64,000 nt of DNA from Mobula birostris (taxonomy: Eukaryota), in contig NC_092374.1 in NCBI RefSeq assembly GCF_030028105.1, forward strand, positions 175,360,057 to 175,424,056, in the 5' to 3' direction. This document shows, piece after piece, positions 21,764 to 32,840 of this stretch. The translations under genes were made by a program, and so were the position numbers. How positions within the stretch are numbered: the first letter of the stretch is position 1; each line of letters opens with the position of its first letter. The notes beneath the pieces are model-generated. The model worked only from the letters and a program-made list of their open reading frames with translations, was not told the origin of the DNA and did not search any database.

Positions 21764-23224
21764 TGAGAGAGCAAAGGGGAAAGAGCGAGATTGAGAGAGA
21801 ACCTTTCCTCTTTGAATCATTTATCTCTCAAGACTTAGAATGTGAAAGGTGACAAATACGTTTCCAGAGAGAGACAAGAGAGAGGGTGAGACCGAGAGGA
21901 GCGGCAGGAAGCAGGCCCAGTGTTGACGTTAATCCTAACTCTATCCACCTCACCTACCCATAGGCTTGGTGTGTTCACTCATTGGGTTAAAATAGCTCGA
22001 ACACCAATCTGTTGCGAAATTTGAGTTAGAAAATGTTCTGACTTATCTGGAAACAGAGGGCCGAATGGCCTGTTTCTGTGTTTTCCCTCTCTCTGTGCCG
22101 GGGTGGAAGTGGATGGTATGGAGTTGGATGAATTGGCCAGTGTAAATGTATTGCCTCGGTCTGGGACACTGGGGTGTGAACAGGTCCTGGTAGCAGTGGG
22201 ATATTACATTGGAATTGCTCTATCTTTTCTCTGGTTAACCTGACATCTGGTGTCTTCACCAGCCCTGGGTGTGGTCAAGGGATTGTGAATAATGAACCAA
22301 CACTGACAGCAAAGCCAGTAGTTACACAACTTTTCTGTCTGTGGGTGAAGCTGAGAGCTGAGTTGAAGTTGAGTCTCCTCTCCTGAGGTCAGAGGGTGGT
22401 CACTTCATCAGCTGCTGTCAAAAGCTCTGTCAGGTGGGTCTGTTGAAGGGTGACCTCACTGGGACCTGTGCTATGTCCAACATGCGGGTCCTGTAGGATG
22501 TGGAGCTTTGGGTCATCGCTCACCTTACCTCACTCCCATCTATTAGTTATGGAGAAGGCAGGGAGGAGCCCACAGACATGGCAAGGCCAGAGCTGGCTCA
22601 GCAGATCCCTACTATAGGCCAGATTCTTCTTCCCAAATACGCACCACCATCTGTGTGAAGAACCTACCCCAAATGTTCCTTTTAAATTGTCATCTCTAAT
22701 CTTAAACCTCTACTCTCTTGCTTTTAGCACTCTTTCCCTGTGAAAAAGACTATAAGCTTTCATGCTGTCTGAGCCCTCATGATCTTATATACCTTTATCA
22801 GGTAACCTCTCAATCACCTACATTCTATGGAATAAAGTACTAGTCAGTGCAACCTTTCCTTGTAACTCAGGCCCCTAAATCCAGGCAATGTGCTGGCAAA
22901 TCTGTTCTGCATTCTTTCTAGTTTAGTAACATCTTTCCTATAGCAGAGTGACCAAAATGACCAACAAGGAACTCGCACTTAAATTGCTTCAGTCATAGGG
23001 TCATTCATCACAGAAACAGGCCCTTCGGCCCATCATGTCCATGCAGGCTAACACATACTTATGTATATTCATTCTATTGATCAGCACTTAGTGCAGAGCC
23101 TTCTCTGCCTTAATGAATCCAGTGATCAGCCCAATGCTTTTCAAATGTTGTGAGAGTCTCCATCTTCATCACCCTCTCAAGTTCCTGATTTCAGTCACCC
23201 TCTTGGATGAAAGTTTTTCCTCAG

Positions 23225-23760
23225 ATCTCTATCTAAACCTGCTGGTTTGTGTAGATTCAGCATGTCATCTGAAACTTTGACCAACTTCTACAGATGCACA
23301 GTGGAGAGTATCCTGACTGGTTGCATCATGGCCTGGTATGGAAACACCAATACCCAAGAACAGAAATGCCTACAAAATTTGTTGGATATAGCCCCATCCA
23401 TCACAGGAAAAGTTCATCCCACCATTGATGACATCTACAAGGAGCACTGTCACATAAAGCAGCATCCATCATCAAGGACACCCACCATCCAGGCCATGTT
23501 CTCTTCTCACTGCTGCAATCAGGAAGGAGGCATGGGAGCCTTAGGTCCCACATCACCAGGTTCAGGGACAGCTATTACCCTTCAACCATCAGGCTCCTGA
23601 ATGAGCTCAGCTCTGAACTGATGACTGAACACAACCTATGGTCTCACTTTCAAACACTCTGCAACTCATGTGCCCAGCATTGTTGATTGCTATTTATCTA
23701 TTTATTTATTATTATTATAATTGCACTGTTTATTTTCTTTTGCACAATGGTTGTTCTTCA
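23225..23760 (+). mobile_element. Rex1/L2-like LINE 3' fragment
   Basis: ORF 23247-23600 (LTNFYRCTVESILTGCIMAWYGN). Related minus-strand fragments at ~26350-26780 and ~53560-54110. Confidence 0.7.
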
Positions 23761-25311
23761 GTCTTTGTTTGTGTGTAACTTTGCATTGATTCTATTATAT
23801 TTCTTTGTTCCGCTGTGAAGGTCTGCAAGAAAACTAATCTCAAAGTGGTATATGGTGACGTGTATATACATTGATGGTAACTTTACATTAAACTCTGAAC
23901 TTGAAATGACAGAACTTAATGGGGCGATATTGTGGATGTTGGAGTCCCCAGTCTGCCAGCATGGTGCAGCACTGGGACTGGGACATGCAGATCCCTCCCC
24001 CAATGTCTCTCACTCACAAACTGGGAATCCTCATACTCTGATTTGATCTCACTCACCAGTCTTGAATCTTTCTCTACCACCACTTGGTCCCCGATTACTT
24101 TCACTGCTGTGAAGGTTAATGGCACTGGATCACATTTGTTATAATTGTGCAGCACAGAAAGATGCTTCAGACCCCACCAGATCCATGTTGACAAGACAGT
24201 TAACATGAGCAGTAAGTCTGCATCTGACAACTAAATTGGTGGTGTAGTGGATAGTGAAGAAATGTAACTTTGACAAATGTGAAGTGATTCATTTTGGTCA
24301 ATTGAACCATGGCAAGACTTATACGATGATGGCAGAGCCCTGGGGACTGTTGCAGACAGAAAGACCTGGGGGTACAGGTACATGGTTCTCTGAAATTGGC
24401 AGCACAGGTAGACAGGGTGGTGAAGAAGACGTTTTACATGCTGGCCTTCATCAGTTGAAGCATTGAGTACAGGAATCTGACATCATTATAGAAGACATCG
24501 ATTAGATCACACTTTGAGTACTGCGTACAGTTTTGATTCCCCCAGCAAAGGGAAGGAAGTCATTATGCTGGAAAGAGTGCAGTAAAGATTCACAAAAATG
24601 TTAAGGAGAGGCTGGGACTTGTACCCCTGGAGCATAGGATGTTGAGGGATGCTCTTAAAGAAAAATATAAAATCATGAGGGAAATAGACGATGTTAACGG
24701 TTACAGTCTTCTCCCCAGGTTCAGGGTGTCTAAAACTCGACAGCATAGACTTAACATGAGAGGGGAAGATTTAAAAGAGACCTGAGGAGCAACTTCTCCA
24801 CGTAGAGAGACACGGTTACAATTACAATGTTTATTTTTTTAACAAAATAAACTTTATTCATAATAAAAGTACAATGTTTAAATGACATTCAGAAGGCACA
24901 TGGCTAGAAAAAGCCAGAATAACATGAGCCAATACAAGCAAATGGGACTAGCTCAGAGACGTCTTTGTCCTGGTGAAAAAGTTGGGTCGAAAGACAGGTT
25001 TCCTATCTGTTTTGAACCACATTGACCCCTGACCCTGAAACCTTCATCCAGCAACGTCAAGGGTCAACGTGTTAATTTCTCTGAAAGGTGAATATTGCAA
25101 CAACTTAACTGGTTTGCATTGTGAATACACCAGCTGTACGTCTCCATCTCCCTGCCGGGGATACTCAGTCCGTCCTGAATTTGCTAGCCCGGTAACCCCG
25201 GCAGTCAGAGAGTTGTCGAGAAAAGCATCTGATGTCTGCGACCAGGATTTACCCTGTCCCGACCACTGATGCTGTCAGTCATCAGGTGTCACTTCACGAG
25301 AACGCAGACTC

Positions 25312-25348
25312 GGCCGCTAGAGGGCGCACGGTGACCGACCGCCAATCA
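25312..25348 (+). promoter_or_regulatory. Intron-1 candidate CTCF site plus CCAAT box in a CpG-rich patch
   Basis: CCGCTAGAGGGCGC 25314-25327; CCAATCA 25342-25348. Confidence 0.45.
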
Positions 25349-28300
25349 CAAACAATAGAGTATCTGCAGATGCTGGAAATTACCGAGCAACAAATACAAA
25401 ATGCTGGAGGAACTCAGCAGGCCAGTCAGCATCAAGGAAAAGAGTACAGTCGATGTTTTGGTCCGAAACCCTTTGGCCCACTGCCAGTCACGTGGATACT
25501 CCCAGCCCACAGGGAACAACATCCAGCTTTGCAATCAGTGATTGCTTGCGGTGTACTAAGATTCAGTGTTCGAGTGCCATCATGAAAGATCCTGCAATGC
25601 ATAAATACATAAAGGTAATAAAAATAAAAACAATGTGAAATAAAGTGTTACAGGTACAGAGAAAGTGCAGTGCAGCAGTGTAACTGGTCTCTGAAAACTC
25701 GCAGCAACGCACACAAATTACTGGAGGAACTCAGCAGGCCAGGCAGCATCTATGGAAAAGAGTACCGTCGACGTTTCGGGCGAGGCCCTTCAGCAGGACT
25801 GAAAACTCACATTCATTCCTCTATTACATTTACTTGTATATAATGAGAACGGCATGGCCTATGTCACCCAGGCTGTTCTGAATTCATAACAGAGGAATGT
25901 CATTTTTATACTTAGTTGACTAGCATATACGGACATTGACCATTTGGTAAACTCTATGTTCAAATTCCTTACTTGCATGATCAATCACTATTCACAGTAC
26001 AGGTGTTAAAATCAATAGAAATTATAAGCTAACAATGAATGAAACTTTGAAAATAACAAAGTTATTGTCCCTTAGTTTGTGTGTCCCTTCTGCTACATCC
26101 TTACTTTGTCTCCCTATGTAAATGGCTCCAGTCCCCAACTGTACAAAGAGAAGCTAGGCTCTTCAGACATTTTTTGCCTGGGTTGACTGCACACTAACCA
26201 TCCTTGCCTGGAGATGTCTTAGCCCTTACCTTTCTGCAACTTCCACAGAGGCAGACAATGAGGAGCAAGATAATAAAGAGGTAGATTGTGAGGTCAAACA
26301 GCAATCTCACTGTACCAAGGAGCAATTCAATAGTCTTACAACAGTGCTGTAGAAGCTATCCTTGAGCCTGGCCTTTGATCAAGCTGTTTGCATGACTGAG
26401 ACAGCAAGAAATATAGAGAGTTTATGTGTGATAGGCTTGACAGTGGTCAAAACTTTGCAATATCCTGTGGTCTTGGGCAGAGCAACTGCCATACCAAGAT
26501 GTGTTGTATCTGGAAAGGATGCTCTCTATGGCGTATTTGTAAAAACAGGAAAGAGTCATCATGGATATGCCAAATTTCCTTAGCCTTCTGAGAAATCGAG
26601 GCATTGGTGGACCTTCTTTGCCATAGTGTCAATGTGGTTGGACCAGGACAAGCTATTGGTGAAAATTACACCTGGGAACTTGAAGTTGTCAGCCGTCTCC
26701 ACCTCAGCACCATTGATACAGACAGGAACATGGGCCCCATCCACCGTGAAGTCAATGACTAGCTCTTTTGTTTTGTTGACATTGAGGGAAAAGATGTTGC
26801 TTTGCCCGAGGATGCCACCTGGTCCATTTGGTGAATTGAGAAGTTCTTAGGCTGAGGGGCACAGTCAGGTGAAGCCAGCGTGAGTCACATTTCAGTGAGA
26901 CAGATTACACAGCAGTCCCTGAGTTCCTTTTAATACACGAGCGTAGCTTTAATTTCATCCCGTTTGTTTACAATGGCCTGGACTTGTGCCAGGTTTATAC
27001 TGGGGTGGGGGGATTTGAACCTGTGTTGTTTCAGGCTCACTGCAGCCCAGCCCTCCTCCCACATTTCCTGGGAGAGTGACTATGGTCGGCACAGCAGTTG
27101 GAGTGTGGAATCACTGATCCAGAAGATAGACGAAGGTATCAGGTGAAGTCCAGGAATCAGTTCACAGTGTTGGGTGTTCTGGACATTTGGTCTTTAGTAT
27201 CAGGTCATGGTATGGGCATTCCACATTATCAGGCCTTTCGTTCAGTTGTGCCCGGGATGGGATTGTGAGATAGGCCACTCCCACCGGTCAATGTTCATGT
27301 CTGGGTCAAGCCTTCAAAAGTCTGGTAGGTCACTCATCTATCCAAACATTGGAGACTGCATTTCCAGCGCTAGCAGTAAGTTCTCACTAGCTGAGCACTC
27401 CAGTAATTCGGGACCATTTTCAGCCTCACCGATTGGGTCCACTTGGGTTCGGGAGATTTAAGAGAACAGTTTAAGTAATTCTTACAGTCTTAGAATTGAG
27501 ATTTAAAAGAGAATGACTATAATGAGGGAATCTGCTGGGGACAACCCTCAAAGAGTCACCACATTCTGGAACCATTTAACTCCTCAGTTATCAGTGAGCA
27601 TTCTGAGTGATGAGTCCATTACTCTCACACAGTAAAATGAAAAAAACAGAAACATTACAAATAAGCATAAAAATAATTGTGATTCCTTTATAATTGCTTA
27701 TATTCTGAAATAACCCTGTGAAAGTGCACAATCTAAAATAACTAATTATATAAACCAGATTACTGCAACCTGTGTCTACAGTTTAGTACAATGGCAAAGT
27801 TTTCACTTGTCAGATTTTAAGGAACTAATTTATTAGTGATTGCATTAGACTCATCAGAATCTGAGCGAATTACTGACTGGGGCACAGAAGGTGTCAGGAC
27901 AAAGCCACTGAGGTTTACCCAAGGCCCAGTTAATGCTCATTGAAGACCTTGCCAGTACCTCACTATGACCACTTGGAAAGCAGTCAACACAGAAAATGTT
28001 TGACAGTGTGATTTTATCACAGTTTAATATTGAGCTTTATTCTGAATAATGTAATGATTTTAATGTTGTTTATTTTTTGGAATATAGTTTCATATTTGAG
28101 TTTATCTCAGATTTACTGTGATGTATTGCATATATTTACTGTGATTTATTGGTGGATTATTGATATATCAGATCAGGGGTTATTATTTGATAAGTTGGTT
28201 TATTGTTTAATTTTTGGGGGTCTAATCAGTATCTCAGTTTTTTTGTATTAAATCGTATTCATTTTGGTTTAATATTTGGAGTTACTTCAGTTAAGAGGTT

Positions 28301-29193
28301 TGTTATGTCAGGAGTTAAAACACAGAACAGTACAGCACACTATATTGTGTCAACCTTTTACCCTACTCCATGATCAATCTCACCCTTTCATCCTGCGCAG
28401 CTTATAGCTCTCCAGTTTTCTTACATCCATGTGCTTATCCAAGAATCTCTTAAATGTCCCAAATGGATCAGCCTTAACCACCACCCCTAGCTGTTATTGC
28501 TCTTATTTATTGCTGACCAATTTTATCTTGAGTTAGAGATTTAGTTCTGCTTAATAGCAAATTTATTGTCAGGCATACCCAGGGTATAAATGCCATGAAA
28601 ATTAGTATTTTCCTCCAGCACAGTACATTATAGATATGCCAAACATAGACTAAAAGTAACATAAATTATACATAACTTGTGCAACAAGCATAACTACACC
28701 AGTGCAAGTTGAGAGAGAGGAAAATAAATATAGTCTGAGACAGTGTTACAGTTTTTCAGGTCTGTTCAAAATGGTGATCAGTTCATGGTGATCTGATGTT
28801 GGGATCAGAGTTTAAATCAGGATTTATCACTTTTGCAGCACTTGGTTAAATTTCAAGATTATGGTTCAGTATATTGGTTCATTTAGCAACAGTAATAAAT
28901 CATTTACCATTTAACATCTGGTTATTTGGTGTATTTGAGTCTGCCATCTGGGCTCTGTGCTGTTCATTCATGGGTGACATGTGCCTGAACACACAATAAA
29001 TTTTGTGTCACTGCCTTTACTCTGCTTTGACATTGATCCCAGCTGCATCCCGGGCTCCCCTCTCTCCATCTGCTCCCTGCTGGCCCCTGGGTTCACTCCC
29101 TCCCATTGTCTGGCATTTCCTCAGGCTCCCCCGCTATTCCCCACCACTTAGCTCTCTCCTTGCTCTCAGCTGATCACGTTTCTTCTCTCACAG

Positions 29194-29442
29194 ACCTACA
29201 TGAGAACCTCATGGCCTTTGTTGTCCAGGACCGCAGTCCTGACAAACAGTTCGATGTTTTGTTTGATGGCGATGAGATTTTGTACATGGACTTCAATCTG
29301 AAGAAGGAGGTGCCACGGATCCCCGAGTTTGCGAGCCATTATATGCGGGAAGGAGAGGCAGGGATCTCGGCTAATATCGCAATCTTGAAACGGAGTTTAA
29401 ATGTTTACAAGAACCTGTCACAAGGGATCCCAGAACCTAAAG
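29194..29442 (+). CDS. mhc2a: MHC class II alpha chain, exon 2 (alpha1 peptide-binding domain, 249 nt)
   Basis: Acceptor TCTTCTCTCACAG ending 29193; (Y)LHENLMAFVVQDRSPDKQFDVLFDGDEILYMDFNLKKEVPRIPEF..GISANIAILKRSLNVYKNLSQGIPEPK; donor GTGAGA at 29443; phase 1/1. Confidence 0.95.
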
Positions 29443-29894
29443 GTGAGAGAGTAGGGTATGGGGGTGGTGTCACTGAGCCCGGGGTAATGCGGGTCAGTCC
29501 GGGAACCAGCCTGGGACTGAGTGCCACTTCAACCCCTCCTTAGCCTCGGCTCCTGGCTGGTCCTTCACACAATCCAGCTGCTCTCCTTTAACCCTCGCAT
29601 TCCCCAATCCTGGGAAACACTGCAACACCCCACTAGTCTGGGCCCTTCCACAGTTCACTCACTCAGGGCCAATACCTCTTGGGTTCTGGAGAAACAAATA
29701 ACCTGCTGGAGGAACTCAGTGGGTTAAAGTTCAAAGTACATAGGCTATGTACATCCTTGAGATTTGTCTCTTTCAAGCAGCCACAAAATAAAGAAACACA
29801 ATAGAGCCCATTTAAAAAAATCTACACTACAAAGAATATCAACACCCAGTGTGCGAGAAAAGAACAAATTGTGCAAAGAGTAAAAAATAAACAA

Positions 29895-30360
29895 ATAACA
29901 CAAAACAGCACACACAAAACGCTGGAGGAACTCAGCTGGTCAGGCAGCATCTATGGCAAAGAGTTAATAGTCACTGTTTTGGGCCAAGACCCTTCATCAG
30001 GACTGAGAAAGAAGGGAGAAGCTGCCGGAATAAAGAGCTGGGGGGAGGGGAAGGAGGCTAGCTGGAAGGTGATAGGTGAACCCAGGTGGGAGGGAAAGGT
30101 CGAGGGCCGGAGAGTAAGGAATTTGATAGGAGAGGAGAGTGGACCAGAGGAGAAAGGGAAGGAGGAGGGTCCCGGGGGAAGTAACAGGCAGGTGAAAAGA
30201 GGGAAAAGCTCAGAGTGGGGAACAGAGGAAGAAGGGAAGGGGGAAATTTGTTTACTGGAGGAGAAATTGATATTCATGTCATCAGGTCGGAGGCTACTCA
30301 AGATGGAATATAAGGAGCTGCCCTCCACCCTGAGGGTGGCCTCATCTTGGCACAATAGCA
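29895..30360. mobile_element. Penelope-like fragment in intron 2 (inverted terminal repeat plus GIY-YIG end)
   Basis: ORF 29951-30448 (-) contains DEATLRVEGSSLYSILSSLRPDDMNINFS; mutated hammerhead motif at 29969-30004. Confidence 0.7.
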
Positions 30361-30837
30361 CACAGACCATGAAACGCAGAGTCCCTGAAAGTAAGTCCTC
30401 AGATATGGAGCCAGGCAGCATCTGTGGGGGGAAATGGACAATTAACATTTCAGATCGAGATCCTTTAATCTTGAGGTCGATGAGGTTGGTGGAGGAGTGT
30501 GAATAGGTGATGAGCTGTGAGGAGATGGGGGGAGTGTGAGGGGGTGACAGGGTCTGGGGAAGTGTGTGTTGGGGGGGTGATGGTGTAGATTTTACTAATG
30601 CAAGTCACTGCTGGCAAACACCTGAGACCAGATGCTGTGGCCAAGATAAACCAACCATTTCATTATCTCACCCAATGTTTGGTTGGAAATCTGAAAACAC
30701 ATTTTTGTTGTCCCCGCTGGGTTCCCATTGGGTGTGGGCTGGTCTGGGTCTCTCCGTCCTACACTCCCACCCCCACACATTAGATTTTCTGTGCCCTTTC
30801 ACCTTGGTTAACCTGTATTCACGCTGTCTGCCCACAG

Positions 30838-31119
30838 TTCCCCCTCAGACTGCCATGTACCCCGAGGAACCCGTGGAGTGGGGTCAACCCAACACTTTGA
30901 TCTGTCTGGCTGATGGATTCTATCCTCCGAGCATCAGGATGACGTGGAAACGGAACAAGAATCCTGTGACCGGTGGAGTCAACACCACAGAGTACTACCT
31001 GAAGAGCGACTCCTCCTTCCAGAGATTCTCCTACCTGAGCTTTGTGCCAAGTCCTGGAGATATGTACTCCTGCCATGTGGAGCATGAGGCTATGAAGGAG
31101 CCAAGGGTTGTCTTCTGGG
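30838..31119 (+). CDS. mhc2a: MHC class II alpha chain, exon 3 (alpha2 Ig-C1 domain, 282 nt)
   Basis: Acceptor CCCACAG ending 30837; (V)PPQTAMYPEEPVEWGQPNTLICLADGFYPPSIRMTWKRN..YSCHVEH..VVFW; two Ig cysteines, C-strand Trp, NTT sequon; donor GTTAGT at 31120. Confidence 0.97.
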
Positions 31120-32269
31120 GTTAGTATGGACCAGGTTACCAACGGGAGGTGGGAGCTGATTCCAAGGTAGTTCTAAGGTCACCTGCTCTATTAGAAAGGC
31201 CTTAGCTTTCTGTTCCAGCCATAAGCAGGTGATCCTGTGTAAATACCATGTACTCTGGGTATTTGGGGCATGGGGTGAGTACAGGTGCGTACTGTGTTGA
31301 CTGGAAAAGAAAATAAATTCCATGATGCTGGAAATCTGAAAGATCAGGGAATGCTGGAATCACTCAGCAGGTCAGGTGGCATCTGTGGGAGAGAAACCCT
31401 TCATCAGAACTTGGGAAGTGAGAAAAGAAGAATGTTAAGTTGCAGAGATGGGGCAGGATGGTGTGACCAGGGGAAGCTCCTGGTCCAGGTGATACAGTAA
31501 CTCATCGCACCCTATAATGAAAGAATGTTGGTGAATCATAGGTAATCTATCTGATGAAGTGTGAACAGATGGGCAGGAAGGAGGGCAGAAGAAAGAAACA
31601 AAATACTGAAACTATGAGATAGAGAACTGAAATACTGTAGATCTGAAATCTGAGACTCAAGCAGGGCCTGTGAAGAGGAACTGAGTTATCTTTGCCAGTT
31701 AGTGGTCTTGCATCAGAATGAAGAGGAATGCTGGTTGTCTGGAATAGCTGAATTAATTGCTGAGTGATGATAGCAGCAATGTGACTTAGATTTTTACGCT
31801 GAGGCTTCAGTGGATCAGTGTGGGAAATCAGAGTGGGAGTGGAATGGAAAATTAAAGTAATTGGAGGATTTGGGCCACCCTATGGACTGAAAGAGATTTT
31901 CTGTACAATAGTCAGCCAGACTGTGTTTGGCTTCTCCAATGTAAAATCATAAGGTTTAGGAATAGGTCATAGGAGGCAGTCGTCAATCCCAGGGGATCAT
32001 AAAAAACAGAACATAGAGACATAGAAAACCTACAGCACAATACAGGCCCTTCGGCCCACAAAGCTGTGCCAAACATGTCCTTGCCTTAGAAATTACCGAG
32101 GCTTACCCATAGCCCTCTATTTTTCTAAGCTCCATGTACCTATCCAGGAGTCTCTTAAAAGACCCTATCGTTTCCGTCTCCACCACCGCCGCCAGCAGCC
32201 CATTCCACACACTCACCACTCTCTGCGTAAAAAACTTACCCTGACATCTCCACTGTATCTAATCATGGG

Positions 32270-32840
32270 TTTGCATGTGTCGTGGATGGTGTCCTCTCCA
32301 GGGCGCAAGCCTGGGTGGGAAGATTTGAAGAACCGGCTGTTGCCCATGCAGTGAGTTCCATCTCTCCACATCACTGATGTAGTCCAAGGGAAGGGCAAGC
32401 ATTGATAGAGCTTGTCACCAGTGTCGTCACAGAGGTTGCCAGAGTGAAGTTGTAAACAACATCAAACTGCCTTAGGGACCCCAGCTCCAGATTTCTTCCT
32501 CCAGGTTTACTCCTGAAGCCTTTCCCATGAGTGGGTATGGCCGCAAGGCAGTGGAGGGTTAAAATCTGAGTTTTCCTTCTCTTAGGTGGGCTGCCGTCCA
32601 AGGCTGATGAGCCCTACCTGCCTGAAACAACTGGTTTTGAGGTGTCAGTGGTCTGCCTTTGCCTCTTCTCTTGTCAGTAGAAACAGTTCTGTTGGGTCTA
32701 GTAGCTATGCCACACGTGAAGGCCAAGGGTTGGATTCGGTTGTCAGAGGCTGTTAGAGTCGCACGCCATTTGGAGCACTTTATAGGTAGTGGGAGCTTAT
32801 CCCCACTACCACCCCGGCTATGACTACCTTAGGAACCTCA
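32270..32840 (-). mobile_element. Interspersed repeat, tentatively an RTE-like LINE 5' region
   Basis: Resembles recalled RTE-type leaders (GGGGATAAGCTCCCACTACC..GGCCTTCACGTGTGGC); no diagnostic ORF found. Confidence 0.3.

Noticed and set aside
22046-22059. X1-like TCTGGAAACAGAGG in intron 1
   Set aside because: No TGACG and no ATTGG at +25; it overlaps a CR1-type 3' end.
28030-28251. Hydrophobic 73-aa ORF suggesting a mitochondrial insertion
   Set aside because: No recognisable mitochondrial motif; the T-rich composition explains the hydrophobicity.
29106-29543. ORF extensions around exon 2 (and likewise 30564-31124 and 41475-41720)
   Set aside because: Sequence outside the AG/GT boundaries is intronic; only the phase-1 exon cores resemble MHC.
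32700-32730. TTCACGT (minus strand), like the L3 loop of HDV/CPEB3-type ribozymes, in an RTE-like leader
   Set aside because: I could not close P3 or find P1/P2 pairings by eye; a descriptor search would be needed.
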